Assembly (NCBI RefSeq): GCF_009834535.1
Contig: NC_045696.1
Span: forward strand, 5,024,001 to 5,088,000
DNA: 64,000 nucleotides
Reading direction: 5' to 3'
DNA from: Camelus ferus
Lineage: Eukaryota
The position numbers were made by a program, and so were the translations under genes. The notes under the pieces were generated by a model that saw nothing but the letters and a program-made list of their open reading frames with translations, did not search any database and was not told the DNA's origin. Shown piece by piece: positions 12,875-23,922 of this stretch (position 1 is the first letter of the stretch; each line of letters begins with the position of its first letter).

Positions 12875-13692
12875 TGGTATTTTTCTTTCTCTTTCTGGCT
12901 TACTTCACTTAGAATGACATTCTCCAGGGACATCCATGTTGCTGTAAATGGCGTTATGTTGTCGGTTTTTATGGCTCAGTAGTATTCCATTGTATAAATA
13001 TACCATCTTCTTTATCCAGTCATCTGTCGATGGACATATAGGCTGTTTCCATGTCTTGGCTATTGTAAATAGTGCTGCTTTGAACACTGGGGTGCAGGTG
13101 TCTTTTTGAAGTAGGGTTCCTTCTGAATATATGCCCAGGAGCAGGATTCCCAGGTCATATGGTAAGTCTATTCCTAGTCTTTTGAGGAATCTCCATACTG
13201 TTTTCCACAGTGGCTGCACCAAACTGCATTCCTACCTGCCATGTAGGAGGGTTCCCCTTTCTCCACAGCCTCTCCAGCATTTGTCATTGTGGACTTTTGA
13301 ATGATGGCCATTCTGGCTGGTGTGAGATGATACCTCATGTAGTTTTGATTTGCATTTCTCAGATAATTAGTGTTATTGAGCATTTTTTCATGTGCCTATT
13401 GATATTTGTATTTCTTCCTTGGAGAATTGCTTGTTTAGGTCTTTTGTCCATTTTTGGATTGGGTGTTTGTCTTTTTCTTATTAAGTCGTATGGGCAGCTT
13501 ATATATTCTGGAGATCAAGCCTTTGTCAGTTTCATCTTTTGCAAAAATTTTCTCTCATTCTGTACATTGTCATTTTGTTTTACTTTTGGTTTCCTTTGCT
13601 GTGCAGAAGCTTGTAAGTCTAATTAGGTCCCATTTGTTTATTCTTGCTTTTATTTCTATAGCTTGGGTAGACTGCCCTAGAAGAACATTTTT
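12875..13692 (-). mobile_element. Host L1, remainder of the non-inverted 3' segment (ORF2 C-terminus)
   Basis: Direct continuation of 5466-5833 (ggtatttttctttctctttctggcttacttcacttag...). It ends at an abrupt strand switch at 13692/13693. Confidence 0.92.
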
Positions 13693-14889
13693 GTACTCAA
13701 TGGTGAGAAACTCAAAAGCTTCCCACTAAAATCTGGACAAGACAAGGATGCCCACTATCACCACCCCTATTCAACATAGTCTTGGAAATCCTAGCCACAG
13801 CAATCAGGCAAGAGAGAGAAATCAAAGGGATCTAAACTGGAAAAGAAGAGGTAAAAGTGTCACTGTATGCAGATGACATGATACTGCATATAGAAAACCC
13901 TAAAAGGTCCACACAAAAACTATTAGAGCTGATTGAAGAATTCAGCAAGGTAGCAGGTTGCAAGATTAACGATCAAAAACCAGTTGCATTTCTTTACACG
14001 AACGATGAATCAACAGGAAAAGAAAGTAAAGAAACAATCCCCTTTAAAATAGCACCCAAAGTAATAAAATACTTAGGAATAAATCTCACCAAGGAGGTGA
14101 AAGAATTATACACAGAAAACTATAAACCATTGATGAAGGAAATTAAAGAAGACTTTAAAAAATGGAAAGATATCCCATGCTCCTGGATTGGAAGAATCAA
14201 TACTGTTAAAATGGTACACTGCCCAAGGCATTCTACAGATTTAATGCAATCCCTGTCAAATTACCCAGGACATATTTCACAGAACTAGAAAAAAGCATAA
14301 TAAAATTTATATGGAACCATCAAAGACCTAGAATTGCCAAAGCATTACTGAAGAGAAACAGAGTCTGGAGGAATAACTCTCCCAGACTTCAGACAATACT
14401 ACAGAGCTACAGTCATCAAGACAGCATGGTATTGGGACAAAAACAGACATATAGACCATTGGAACAGAACAGAGAGCCCAGAAATGAACCCACAAACTTT
14501 TGGTCAACTAATCTTTGACAAAGGAGGCAAGAATATACAATGGAATAAAGACAGTCTCTTCAGCAAATGGTGTTGGGAAAACTGGACAGCAGCATGTAAA
14601 GCAGTGAAGCTAGAACACTCCCTTACACCATACACAAAAATAAACTCAAAGTGGATCAAAGACTTAAACATAAGACAAGATACAATAAACCTCCTAGAGG
14701 AAAATATAGGCAAAACATTATCTTACATACCTCTCAAAAATATTCTCCTAGAACAGTCTACTCAAGCAATAGAAATAGAAGGAAGAATAAACAAATGGGA
14801 CCTAATGAAACTTACAAGCTTCTGCGCAGCAAAGGAAACCATAAGCAAAACAAAACGACAACCTACAGAATGGGAGAACATTTTTTGCA
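13693..14889 (+). mobile_element. L1 ORF2 RT segment on +: inverted piece of the twin-primed L1 / left arm of the inverted repeat, plus a ~150-bp tail from the partner L1 fragment
   Basis: Reads [11 protein letters not shown]...SLYADDM...YLGINL...EWENIF. 13693-14740 is the reverse complement of 17712-18760. Confidence 0.9.
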
Positions 14890-17540
14890 GATAAAATTCA
14901 ACATTCATTTATGATAAAAATCATGAATGTGGATACAGAGGGAACATATCTCAACATAATAAAAGGTATTTATGACAAACCCAACATAACATTCAACAGG
15001 GAAAAGCTGAAAGCCTTCCTGTTAACGTTTGGAACAAGACAAGGAGGCCCACGCTCACCGCTTCTATTCAACATAGTATTTGAATAGCAATCAGATAAGA
15101 AAAAGAAAGAAAAGGATCCAAATTGGAAGGAAACAGGTAAAACTGTCACTATATGCAGATGACATGATACTACGTATAGAAAACCACAGAGACTCCACAC
15201 AAAAACTACTAGGACTGATAAACCAATTTAAAAAGGTAGCAGGACCCAGGATTAACACACAGAAGTGCAGGACAAACCTGATTTAGGAATAAGCCAGACC
15301 AAGGAGTTGAAAGACTTACATGCTGAGGACTATAAAATACTGACAAAGGAGACTGAAGATGATTCAAAGAAATGGAAAGACATCCCATGCTCTTGGATTG
15401 CAAGAATTAATATTGTCAAAATGGCCACACTATTCAAAGCATCTACAGATTTAATGTGACCCCTATCAAATTACCCATGACATTTTTTAGAGAACGAGAA
15501 CAAACAATCCTAAAATTTATATGGAACCACAAAAGACCCAGAATTGCCAAAGCAATACTGAAGACAAAGAATGAAGCTGGAGGAATAACCCTCTCAGACT
15601 TCAGACAATACTACATGGTATTGGCAGAAAATCAGACATATGGAGCAATGGAACAGAATAGAGAGCCCAGAAATAAACCCACACACCTATGGCCAATTAA
15701 TCTTTGACAAAGGAGGCAAGTATATACAATGGAGAAAAGCCTATTTCTTCAGCAAGTGATGTTGGGAAAACTGGACAGCCACATGTAAATCAATGGAGTT
15801 AGAACACTCTCTCACACTGCATACAAAAATAATCTCAAAACAGCTTAAAGACTTGAGACTGAAAAATATTGCCTGCTATATCAGTAAACAAAGGATCTTG
15901 CAGCCGTCAAGCCACTACAGCTGTCCCCAACAGTGAGCCCTGAGGGAAATGAGGATGGAGACAAATGGGCTCCCTGTTGCCAAGCCCTCAGCCACTGCAG
16001 CCATCCCTAATGGTGCATCCAGAGGGGCTCAGAATGGGAAAGAAAGAACAGTACGTTGGCCCTGGACAGCTAAGGTGCACATCACAGGAATGATTTCAAT
16101 GAGCCCAGACTCTTGCATCTTCCTATACATAGACAAGTGCTAAATTTATTTACTTCAGATACCTGATTTTCTTTAATTAACAGTAATCTTTTGATGTTCC
16201 AACTACCTGGTCTTTGTTGCAAAAGCCCCTGTGTATCGTGGCTCCTCCCTTACCTCTTCAGAGCAGTTCCCCAGAGCTATTCTGAGAGGCTGCTTCTTGG
16301 GCCTGAAGTCCTCAGAAAGTCTGTCAAATAAAACATAATTTTCAACTTTTAGGTTGTACATTTCTTTTTAGTCAACAGACAAATATAAGACCTGACACCA
16401 TAAGCTCCTAGAAGAGAATATAGGCAAAACATTCTCTGACATATATTGTAGCAATGTTTTCTTAGGTCAGTCTCCCAAAGCCAAAGAAATAAAAGCAAAC
16501 ATAAACAAATGGGACCTAATTAAACTTATAAGGTTTTGCACAGCAAAGGAAACAATAAACAAAACAAAAAGACAACCTACGGAATGGGAGAAAATATTTG
16601 CAAATGATGCAACTGACAAGGGCTTGATTTCCAAGATATACAAACAGCTCGTATGATATAAAAAAAAAATCCAATCCAAAAAATGGGCAGAAGACCTAAA
16701 TAGACATTTCTCCAAAGAAGACATACAGATGGCCAATAGGCACATAAAAAGATGCTCAATATCACTAATTATTAGAGAATGCAAATCAAAACTATAATGA
16801 GGTACCACCTCACACTGGTCAGAATGGCCATCATTAAAAAGTCTACAAATAATAAATGCTGGAGAGAATGTGGAGAAAAGGGAACTCTCCTATACTGTTG
16901 GTGGGAATGTAATTTAGTGCAGCCACTATGGAAAACAGTATTGAGGTTCCTCAAAAACCTAAAAATAGAGTTATCATATGATCCATCAATTCCACTCCTG
17001 GACATATATCCAGAAAAAAGGAAAACTCTAATTAGGAGAGATGCATGCACATCAAGTCCATAGCAGCACTATGTACAGTAGCCAAGACATGGAAGCAACC
17101 TAAGTGTCCACTGACCAATGAATGGATAAAAGAGTAGTGGTATATTATATGCAATGGAATACTACTTGGCCATAAAAAGAATGAAATAATGCCATTTGAA
17201 GCAACATGGATGGAACTAGAGATCATCACACTAAGTTAAGTAAGTCAGAAAGAGAAAGACTAATATCACATGATATCACTTACATGTGGAATCTAAAAAA
17301 AATGACACAAATGAGCTTATTTACAAAACAGAAATAGACTTACAGACATGGAAAGCAAACTTACAGTTACCAAAGAGGAAAGGAGTCTAGGAATAAATTA
17401 GGAGTTTGGGATTAACTGACACATACTACTATGTATGAGTAGATAAACAGCAAGGACCTACTGTACAGCACAGGGAACTATATTTGATATCTTGTAATAA
17501 TCTATAATGGTATAGAATCTGAATATATATATATGTATTA
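14890..17540 (+). mobile_element. Older cetartiodactyl-type L1 (ORF2 3' half + 3'UTR), interrupted by a solo LTR
   Basis: Starts with gataaaattcaacattcatttatgataaaa. SLYADDM at ~15145, CWREC...CWWEC at ~16857-16910, and a 3'UTR with aatgagcttatttacaaaacagaaatagac...ctactgtacagcacagggaacta. It lacks the terminal ~60 nt and poly-A. Confidence 0.88.
15854..16377 (+). mobile_element. Solo ERV LTR (~524 bp, probably ERV1 class) inserted in the older L1
   Basis: TG...CA termini with imperfect inverted ends (tgagactgaaaaa / tttttagtcaaca). AATAAA at 16327-32. Apparent TSD GACT/GAC(A). The L1 sequence aaagact|aaatataagac rejoins across it. Confidence 0.8.
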
Positions 17541-17711
17541 CTTTGCAAGATGGCAAAGAGACTGAAGCAGGTGAAGCACCATATGAGGACTCTGCTCCAG
17601 CCACCAAACAGAGCAGTGCTGAGTAACACCAGGCTCCCCAGGCACCTTCATCATCAGCAGATGACCTAAAGGATTAATTACTGTTCAAAAAATGAAACAA
17701 AGAAAAAAGCA
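17541..17711 (+). pseudogene. YBX3: Processed YBX3 retrocopy, C-terminal codons plus proximal 3'UTR (5'-truncated)
   Basis: 17546-17626 translates as QDGKETEAGEAPYEDSAPATKQSSAE*, against the recalled YBX3 C-terminus QDGKEAKAGEAPTENPAPPTQQSSAE*. It is followed by caccaggctccccaggcaccttca...gacctaaag, and has no introns. Confidence 0.85.
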
Positions 17712-19472
17712 TTTCTGAGACATATGTGAGATAATGTTTTGCCTATATTTTCCTCTAGGAGGTTTATTGTATCTTGTCTTATGTTTAAGTCTTTGATCCA
17801 TTTTGAGTTTATTTTTGTGTATGGTGTAAGGGAGTGTTCTAGCTTCACTGCTTTACATGCTGCTGTCCAGTTTTCCCAACACCATTTGCTGAAGAGACTG
17901 TCTTTATTCCATTGTATATTCTTGCCTCCTTTGTCAAAGATTAGTTGACCAAAAGTTTGTGGGTTCATTTCTGGGCTCTCTGTTCTGTTCCAATGGCCTA
18001 TATGTCTGTTTTTGTCCCAATACAATGCTGTCTTGATGACTGTAGCTCTATAGTATTGTCTGAAGTCTGGGAGAGTTATTCCTCCAGACTCTGTTTCTCT
18101 TCAGTAATGCTTTGGCAATTCTAGGTCTTTGATGGTTCCATATAAATTTTATTATGCTTTTTTCTAGTTCTGTGAAATATGTCCTGGGTAATTTGACAGG
18201 GATTGCATTAAATCTGTAGAATGCCTTGGGCAGTGTACCATTTTAACAGTATTGATTCTTCCAATCCAGGAGCATGGGATATCTTTCCATTTTTTAAAGT
18301 CTTCTTTAATTTCCTTCATCAATGGTTTATAGTTTTCTGTGTATAATTCTTTCACCTCCTTGGTGAGATTTATTCCTAAGTATTTTATTACTTTGGGTGC
18401 TATTTTAAAGGGGATTGTTTCTTTACTTTCTTTTCCTGTTGATTCATCGTTCGTGTAAAGAAATGCAACTGGTTTTTGATCGTTAATCTTGCAACCTGCT
18501 ACCTTGCTGAATTCTTCAATCAGCTCTAATAGTTTTTGTGTGGACCTTTTAGGGTTTTCTATATGTAATATCATGTCATCTGCATACAGTGACACTTTTA
18601 CCTCTTCTTTTCCAGTTTAGATCCCTTTGATTTCTCTCTCTTGCCTGATTGCTGTGGCTAGGACTTCCAAGACTATGTTGAATAGGGGTGGTGATAGTGG
18701 GCATCCTTGTCTTGTCCCAGATTTTAGTGGGAAGCTTTTGAGTTTTTCACTGTTGAGTGCTATGCTGGCTGTAGGTTTGTCATATATAGCTTTTATTAGT
18801 TTGAGATGTAGTCCCTCTATACCCACTTTGGTGAGAGTTTTTATCATAAATGGATGTTGAATTTTATCAAGTGCTTTTTCTGCATCGATTGAGATGATCA
18901 TGTGGTTTTTGTCCTTTCTCTTGTTGATGTGATGTATTATATTGATTGATTTGCATACATTGAACCACTCTTGTGTCCCTGGGATGAACCCCACTTGGTC
19001 ATGATGTATAATCTTTTTTATGTGCTGTTGGACTCTATTTGCTAATATTTTGGTGAGGATTTTGGCATCTATGTTCATCAGTGATATTGGCCTATAATTA
19101 TCTTTTTTGGTAGTGTCTTTGCCTGGTTTTGGTATCAGGGTGATGGTGGCTTCATAGAATGAGTTTGGGAGTATTCCCTCCTTTTCAGTCTTCTGGAAGA
19201 GTTTGAGAAGGACTGGTATGAGTTCTTCTTTGTATGTTTGGTATAATTCCCCAGTGAACCGTCCAGTCCTGGACTTTTATTTGTAGGGAGGTTTTTTGTT
19301 GCTATTTCTATTTCCTTTCTAGTGATCGGTTTGTTCAAGTGTTCAGATTCTTCTTGATTCAGTCTTGGTGGACAGTATGTTTCCAGAAACTTGTCCATCT
19401 CCTCTAGGTTATCCAGTTTGGTTCCATATAGTTTTTTGTAATATTCTCATATGATATTCTGTGTTTCCATTT
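17712..19472 (-). mobile_element. Young L1 ORF2 internal fragment (right arm of the inverted repeat plus ~700 bp of upstream ORF2)
   Basis: Reads [17 protein letters not shown]...[14 protein letters not shown]...GTRQGCP...SLYADDM...[11 protein letters not shown]. Roughly 95% similar by eye to 7000-8750. No poly-A. Confidence 0.92.
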
Positions 19473-19640
19473 AAATGCTTTTCCTGCATCTATTGAGATG
19501 ATCATGTGGTTTTTGTCTTTTCTTTTGTTGATGTAGTATATCACATTAATTGATTTGCATATGTTGAACCAACTTTATAATCCTGGGATGAATTCAACCT
19601 GATCATGGTGTATGATTTTTTCTATGTGTTGTTGGATTCC
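19473..19640 (-). mobile_element. 5' stub of the older L1 whose remainder is at 14890-17540
   Basis: The minus strand ends ...atctcaatagatgcaggaaaagcattt, which joins without a gap to gataaaattcaac at 14890 ([14 protein letters not shown]). Confidence 0.85.
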
Positions 19641-19649
19641 TTTTTTAAA

Positions 19650-20250
19650 ATCAGTTATAATATCACATGTTGGCAAAGCTGTGGAGAAACTGGGTCTCTC
19701 ATACATTGCTGTAAAATGGTGCAACCACTCTGGCAAATAGTTTGGCAGTTTCTTATAAAACTAAGCATGCACTTATCACACAACCCAGCAATCACACTCC
19801 TGGGCATTTACCCCAGAGACATGAAAAAAATATGTTCCCCCAAAGACCTGTACATGAATGTTCATAGCAGCTTTATGTATTATAGCCAGATTCTGGGGAG
19901 AAGCCAAATGTCCTTCAAAAGGTGAATGGTTGAAAAGTCTCTGGTTCATCCACACAACGAAATACTGTTACTTAGCAGTGAAAAGAAATGAACTGTTGAT
20001 ACATGTAACAACCTGGATGGGCCTGAAAGACATGCTTAGTGAAAACAGTTGATCTCAAAAAGTTATGTTTAATCTCAAAATGACAAAACTGCAGAGATGA
20101 AGAATCATTTAACGGTTACCAGGGGACAGGGAGGGCTGGTGTGGGCCAGGTGCAGATATGAAGAGGTAGCAACAGGTGCTGCTTTCGTGGTGATGGGGTG
20201 GTTGTGTGCATTGCCTGTGGTGATGAGTTACTATCAGATAGTTACTTAGA

Positions 20251-20292
<42 letters not shown>

Positions 20293-20480
20293 TGAATGCA
20301 GGTTCATTTCAAAATGGTGAAAACTGACTACTAGTTAATAGTAACGTTCCAAAGTCAGTTTCCTGGTTCGCAGACTGACCATGGCTACACAGAATCTCAG
20401 TATTGGGAGAGGCTGGGTGAGAGGCACACGGGACCTGATACTATTTTGCAGCTCTCTGAGAGTCTGTATTTCTATAGTTC
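19650..20480 (+). mobile_element. Ancient L1 (L1MD/L1M-type) 3' fragment containing an (AC)18 microsatellite at ~20252-20288
   Basis: tggtgcaaccactctggcaaatagtttggcagtttctt...cctgggcatttaccccagaga...aatgttcatagcagcttt... and an L1MD-like terminus, gtcagtttcctggtt...ctgggtga...ctattttgca. Confidence 0.75.
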
Positions 20481-20859
20481 AGACTTCCTGTGGTTCTATG
20501 AAAATTAAATAATATTAATAAGTAATGTCCCAAATTTCCAAAATACAAAAATATATGTAAAATATGCATCACATAGACATGCCAGTGTTGTGGGAGATCA
20601 GAGAGGAGAGGTCACCTTGGAGAGGTGAGGTCAGGGGAGGCTATGGGGAAGAAGGAATTGAGCGTAACACCGAAGGACGAGTGGAAATCAAACTGGAGAA
20701 CTGGAGACAAGCAAGGCCGCACAGTGCCCCCCAGCGATGCGTGGAGAAGGGGACACGTGTTCCCAGACCACACATGTGGGATGAGAGCGGTGGAGCCACA
20801 CACACAGTGGGTCTGAGTGCAGAAGATTGTTCAGTTGAAGGAAGAGTTTGTTACTGACC

Positions 20860-21430
20860 GGAAACATCGGCTGCAGATTTTAAGCTGTGGAGACACAGAG
20901 TGGATAGTGAGAAGCCATTGTAAACTGCAAGTGAGAGACTGTCGTACGAAAAGCGGCCTCTTCAGAAGCTGAGCCTGGCAGGAATTTAGAATAAACTGGA
21001 GTGGGGAGAGAAAGGCAGGGGCAGACCAATCGATTAGAACACCGCTGCAACAGCCCAGCGCGGGCGTCCTGATTAGGGCTCGAACTACGGTGACGGTCGT
21101 GGGACGAAAAAGGACACATCTGATTTGAAAGATGATGTCATTGGGGAAGGGAAAGAACCAGGTCACTGATGGGATGTGGACGCCTGTAATCCACGCAGGA
21201 CTGAGCCTGGGGTGCGAGGACGGGGAGGGGAGTTTTGAGGAGAAGGTGCCACATCTCATTTCACCCACGTTGAGGTGGAGGCGTGCCATCCAGTGGGAAA
21301 TATCGAGCTGACTTCCAGAGATGTGAGCCCGCAGCTGGAAACAGGGTGGGTCAGGGCTTTATAATGAATTGTCAGAACAGCCCAGGCAAGTGAGATCTAC
21401 AAGGGAAAGACAAGAGTGGAGGAAGAAGGA
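20860..21430 (-). mobile_element. Degenerate L2 fragment
   Basis: Purine-rich motifs typical of L2 antisense (gcagaccaatcgattagaacaccgctgcaacagcccag...gatgggatgtgga...ttgaggtggaggcgtgccatccagtggg). Boundaries approximate. Confidence 0.5.
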
Positions 21431-22883
21431 AAGAAGTGGAAGCACTTACCTGTGTGAACACTCCTGATACGGGGTCTAGAAAGTAAGAAACAGTCTTCGA
21501 TTCGCCCTTCCTCCCCTCCTCCTTTTGTTCAAAGCCTGACAGCATCCTCGACAGGTCCAGGCTTGGCTGCGTACCCTGCAAAACCCTCACTCGCCCTCCC
21601 CACTGATTCCTTAACAAGCTCCTGCCACAGGCTGGTGTCAAGGCGGAAGCAGGTGCACTTCATCAGCCATAGCAACAGCTCCGAGCGTCCCAAATGCAGG
21701 AAGATGAGGGGAGAGCCATTCATTGTCCAAGTGGCTACAGGCAGCCTCTCCAAGCCCGCAGAGCTTTGTCTCCACAATTAATCCTGATTGCAAGTTCTCA
21801 AACGTGGGCCCCCTCATTTGGCTGTCAGCTTCCTTGCAATTAGAGCTTCCAGAATGAGACCACAATAGCTCAGACCTTGTCTTTGGGGCTGTTTACTAAG
21901 GGGCCTTCTCCCTTAGCTGGAGGTGGAGGCATGCGTGTCCTCACCAGCAAACATTTCTTAGAGCTCCCTGGAGGATTAGAGCGGCCTGTTTCCTGTTGCT
22001 GTTTGGTTCATAATAAGAGGGTGAGAAGAGGAGGGGGAGTGGGCCAGATGGGAGGTTTTCTAAGCAGGAGTCCGCAGCTGCCTCTCCATAGCTGCACGGT
22101 GCGCCCCAAGGGAATTCCGCTTGGCGCTGAATCAGACCGTCCTGTTGAGAGCATTTGCTCGGGAGAGCTTTCTGCGTGTCCTCACCATGCGCACGTGCCC
22201 CTTCACGTGCAAGAGGGAGAGAAAACGCTGCTGCTTTTCCTGGCTTTTCCCAACTGGATGAGAACCCTGACCGTTTAGCAATATGGGAACATACAGCAGT
22301 TTGAGCTCCTTGGAAAAAATGTGCAACGTCTGTGAAGCACTGTCTGAATGGGAGAGACTGTGCGACCAACCGAAAACCTTTGAGATTTGCTGCCCTTTGC
22401 ACAGACCATAGAACTATGGCCTGATTTAACCCACAGTGTAGCCTCCGGGAGAGTCTTCAGCCAGGGCTGAAAGGCATGGGGATGCATCTTTTCTCAGGGG
22501 GGCACTGTGCTGCTCAGCTATGAATCTGGGCTATTTTAATGGGACCTTAAAAGCCAGCCACTAAGCTCATATTATTATATCGAAACCAAAGAACGTGTAT
22601 GTTTTTTGTTTATAAAAGCAAATGTGTTTATTCTAACAGATGCAGACAAATCAGAAAAAATAGAATAGAAAGTGAATGTTATTCACTACTGTTAACATAT
22701 TTACTATATATTTTAAGATATTTTAATTTTTTTCCTACATATAGATGTTTAGATTTGTTTATATACAGAGAGATAGAGAGAGAGGTGAGGGGAGAGATAG
22801 GACTTTATAAATACACTTTTTTAAAACAAAAAAGATTGTGTCTTATAGACCTTTTCAGTCAATTGATGATATATTATTGGTAT

Positions 22884-23244
22884 TGTTATGGACTGAATTG
22901 TGTCCCCCAGAATTCATGTGTTAAAGCCCTGGCCCCTCATGTGACTGCATGTGGAGTCAGGAACTTTAATGAGGTAATTAAGATTCAATGAGGTCATGAG
23001 GGTGAAGCCCTGATCCAGTAGAACTGATGTCCTTGTAGAAGAGGAAGAGACACCAGGAATTCACGTGCAGAGAAGAGACATGTGAGGACACGGGGAAGAC
23101 AGCTGTCTGCAAGCCAAGGGAAGACCAAACCTGCAAACGCCTTGATCTCAAAATTCCAGCATCCAGAACTGTGAGAAAATCAGTTTTCTGGTTTAAGCCA
23201 CACAATCTGTGGTGTATTGTTATGGTAGCCCAGCAAACAATACC
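22884..23244 (+). mobile_element. MaLR solo LTR (MLT1A-like)
   Basis: tgttatggactgaattgtgtcccccagaattcatgtgttaaagcc...gaggtaattaag...ccagaactgtgagaaaat...tttaagcca...tattgttatggtagcccagcaaac. Confidence 0.85.
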
Positions 23245-23811
23245 TGTATTATGGGACTTTATATATATATATATATATAGTTTTCGGTGTTTAATGGCCA
23301 AATAATGTTCCATTCTGTGGCTATGCAATTACTTATTTAAATGATCATGAACCTCTAAGTTGTGCCTAAAGGTTTTTATTATAAACAAGGTGGCAATGAG
23401 CATCCTTATCCATAAACTGTGCACATATGTGAGATCAATTCTTAGGGTAAAATACTCGAATGGAATTGCAGGGTCAGAAGATGTGCTGGTGCCAAACTGT
23501 GTCACAGGTGGCCCAGCCAGCTTCCCAAATGGCTATACCAACTGCCATTTCCATGTGCAGGAGTTAAGAGCCAGCATCTCCACCTCCTCCCAAACTGGAA
23601 GTGCTCAGTCTTTAGCTTGCTCTGCATTTGTAGGCAAAAATGGCCATTTAATTTCATCACAGAAGGAGTTAAGTATCTTGATATTTGATTATTGAAATTT
23701 CCATTTCTTCTTTTTAAATAGCCTCTCTGTATCCTTTGTTATATTTTTCTGAGATGTTTTGTTTTTCTTAATATTTAAAAATTCCTGTTATCAGATGATA
23801 ATCCTTTCTCT

Positions 23812-23922
23812 TTTTTTAAATTTTAATTAATTAATTAATTAATTTTAATGGAGGTGCTGGGGATTCAACCCAGGACTCCAGCATGCTAAGCATGTGTTCT
23901 ACCACTAAGCTCTACCCACCCC
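23812..23922 (-). mobile_element. tRNA-derived SINE (camelid vic-1-like)
   Basis: The minus strand reads ggggtgggtagagcttagtggtagaacacatgcttagcatgctggagtcctgggttgaatccccagcacctcc plus a (TAAT)n tail, with A/B-box-like motifs. TSD ctttctct at 23804-11 and 23924-31. Confidence 0.85.
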
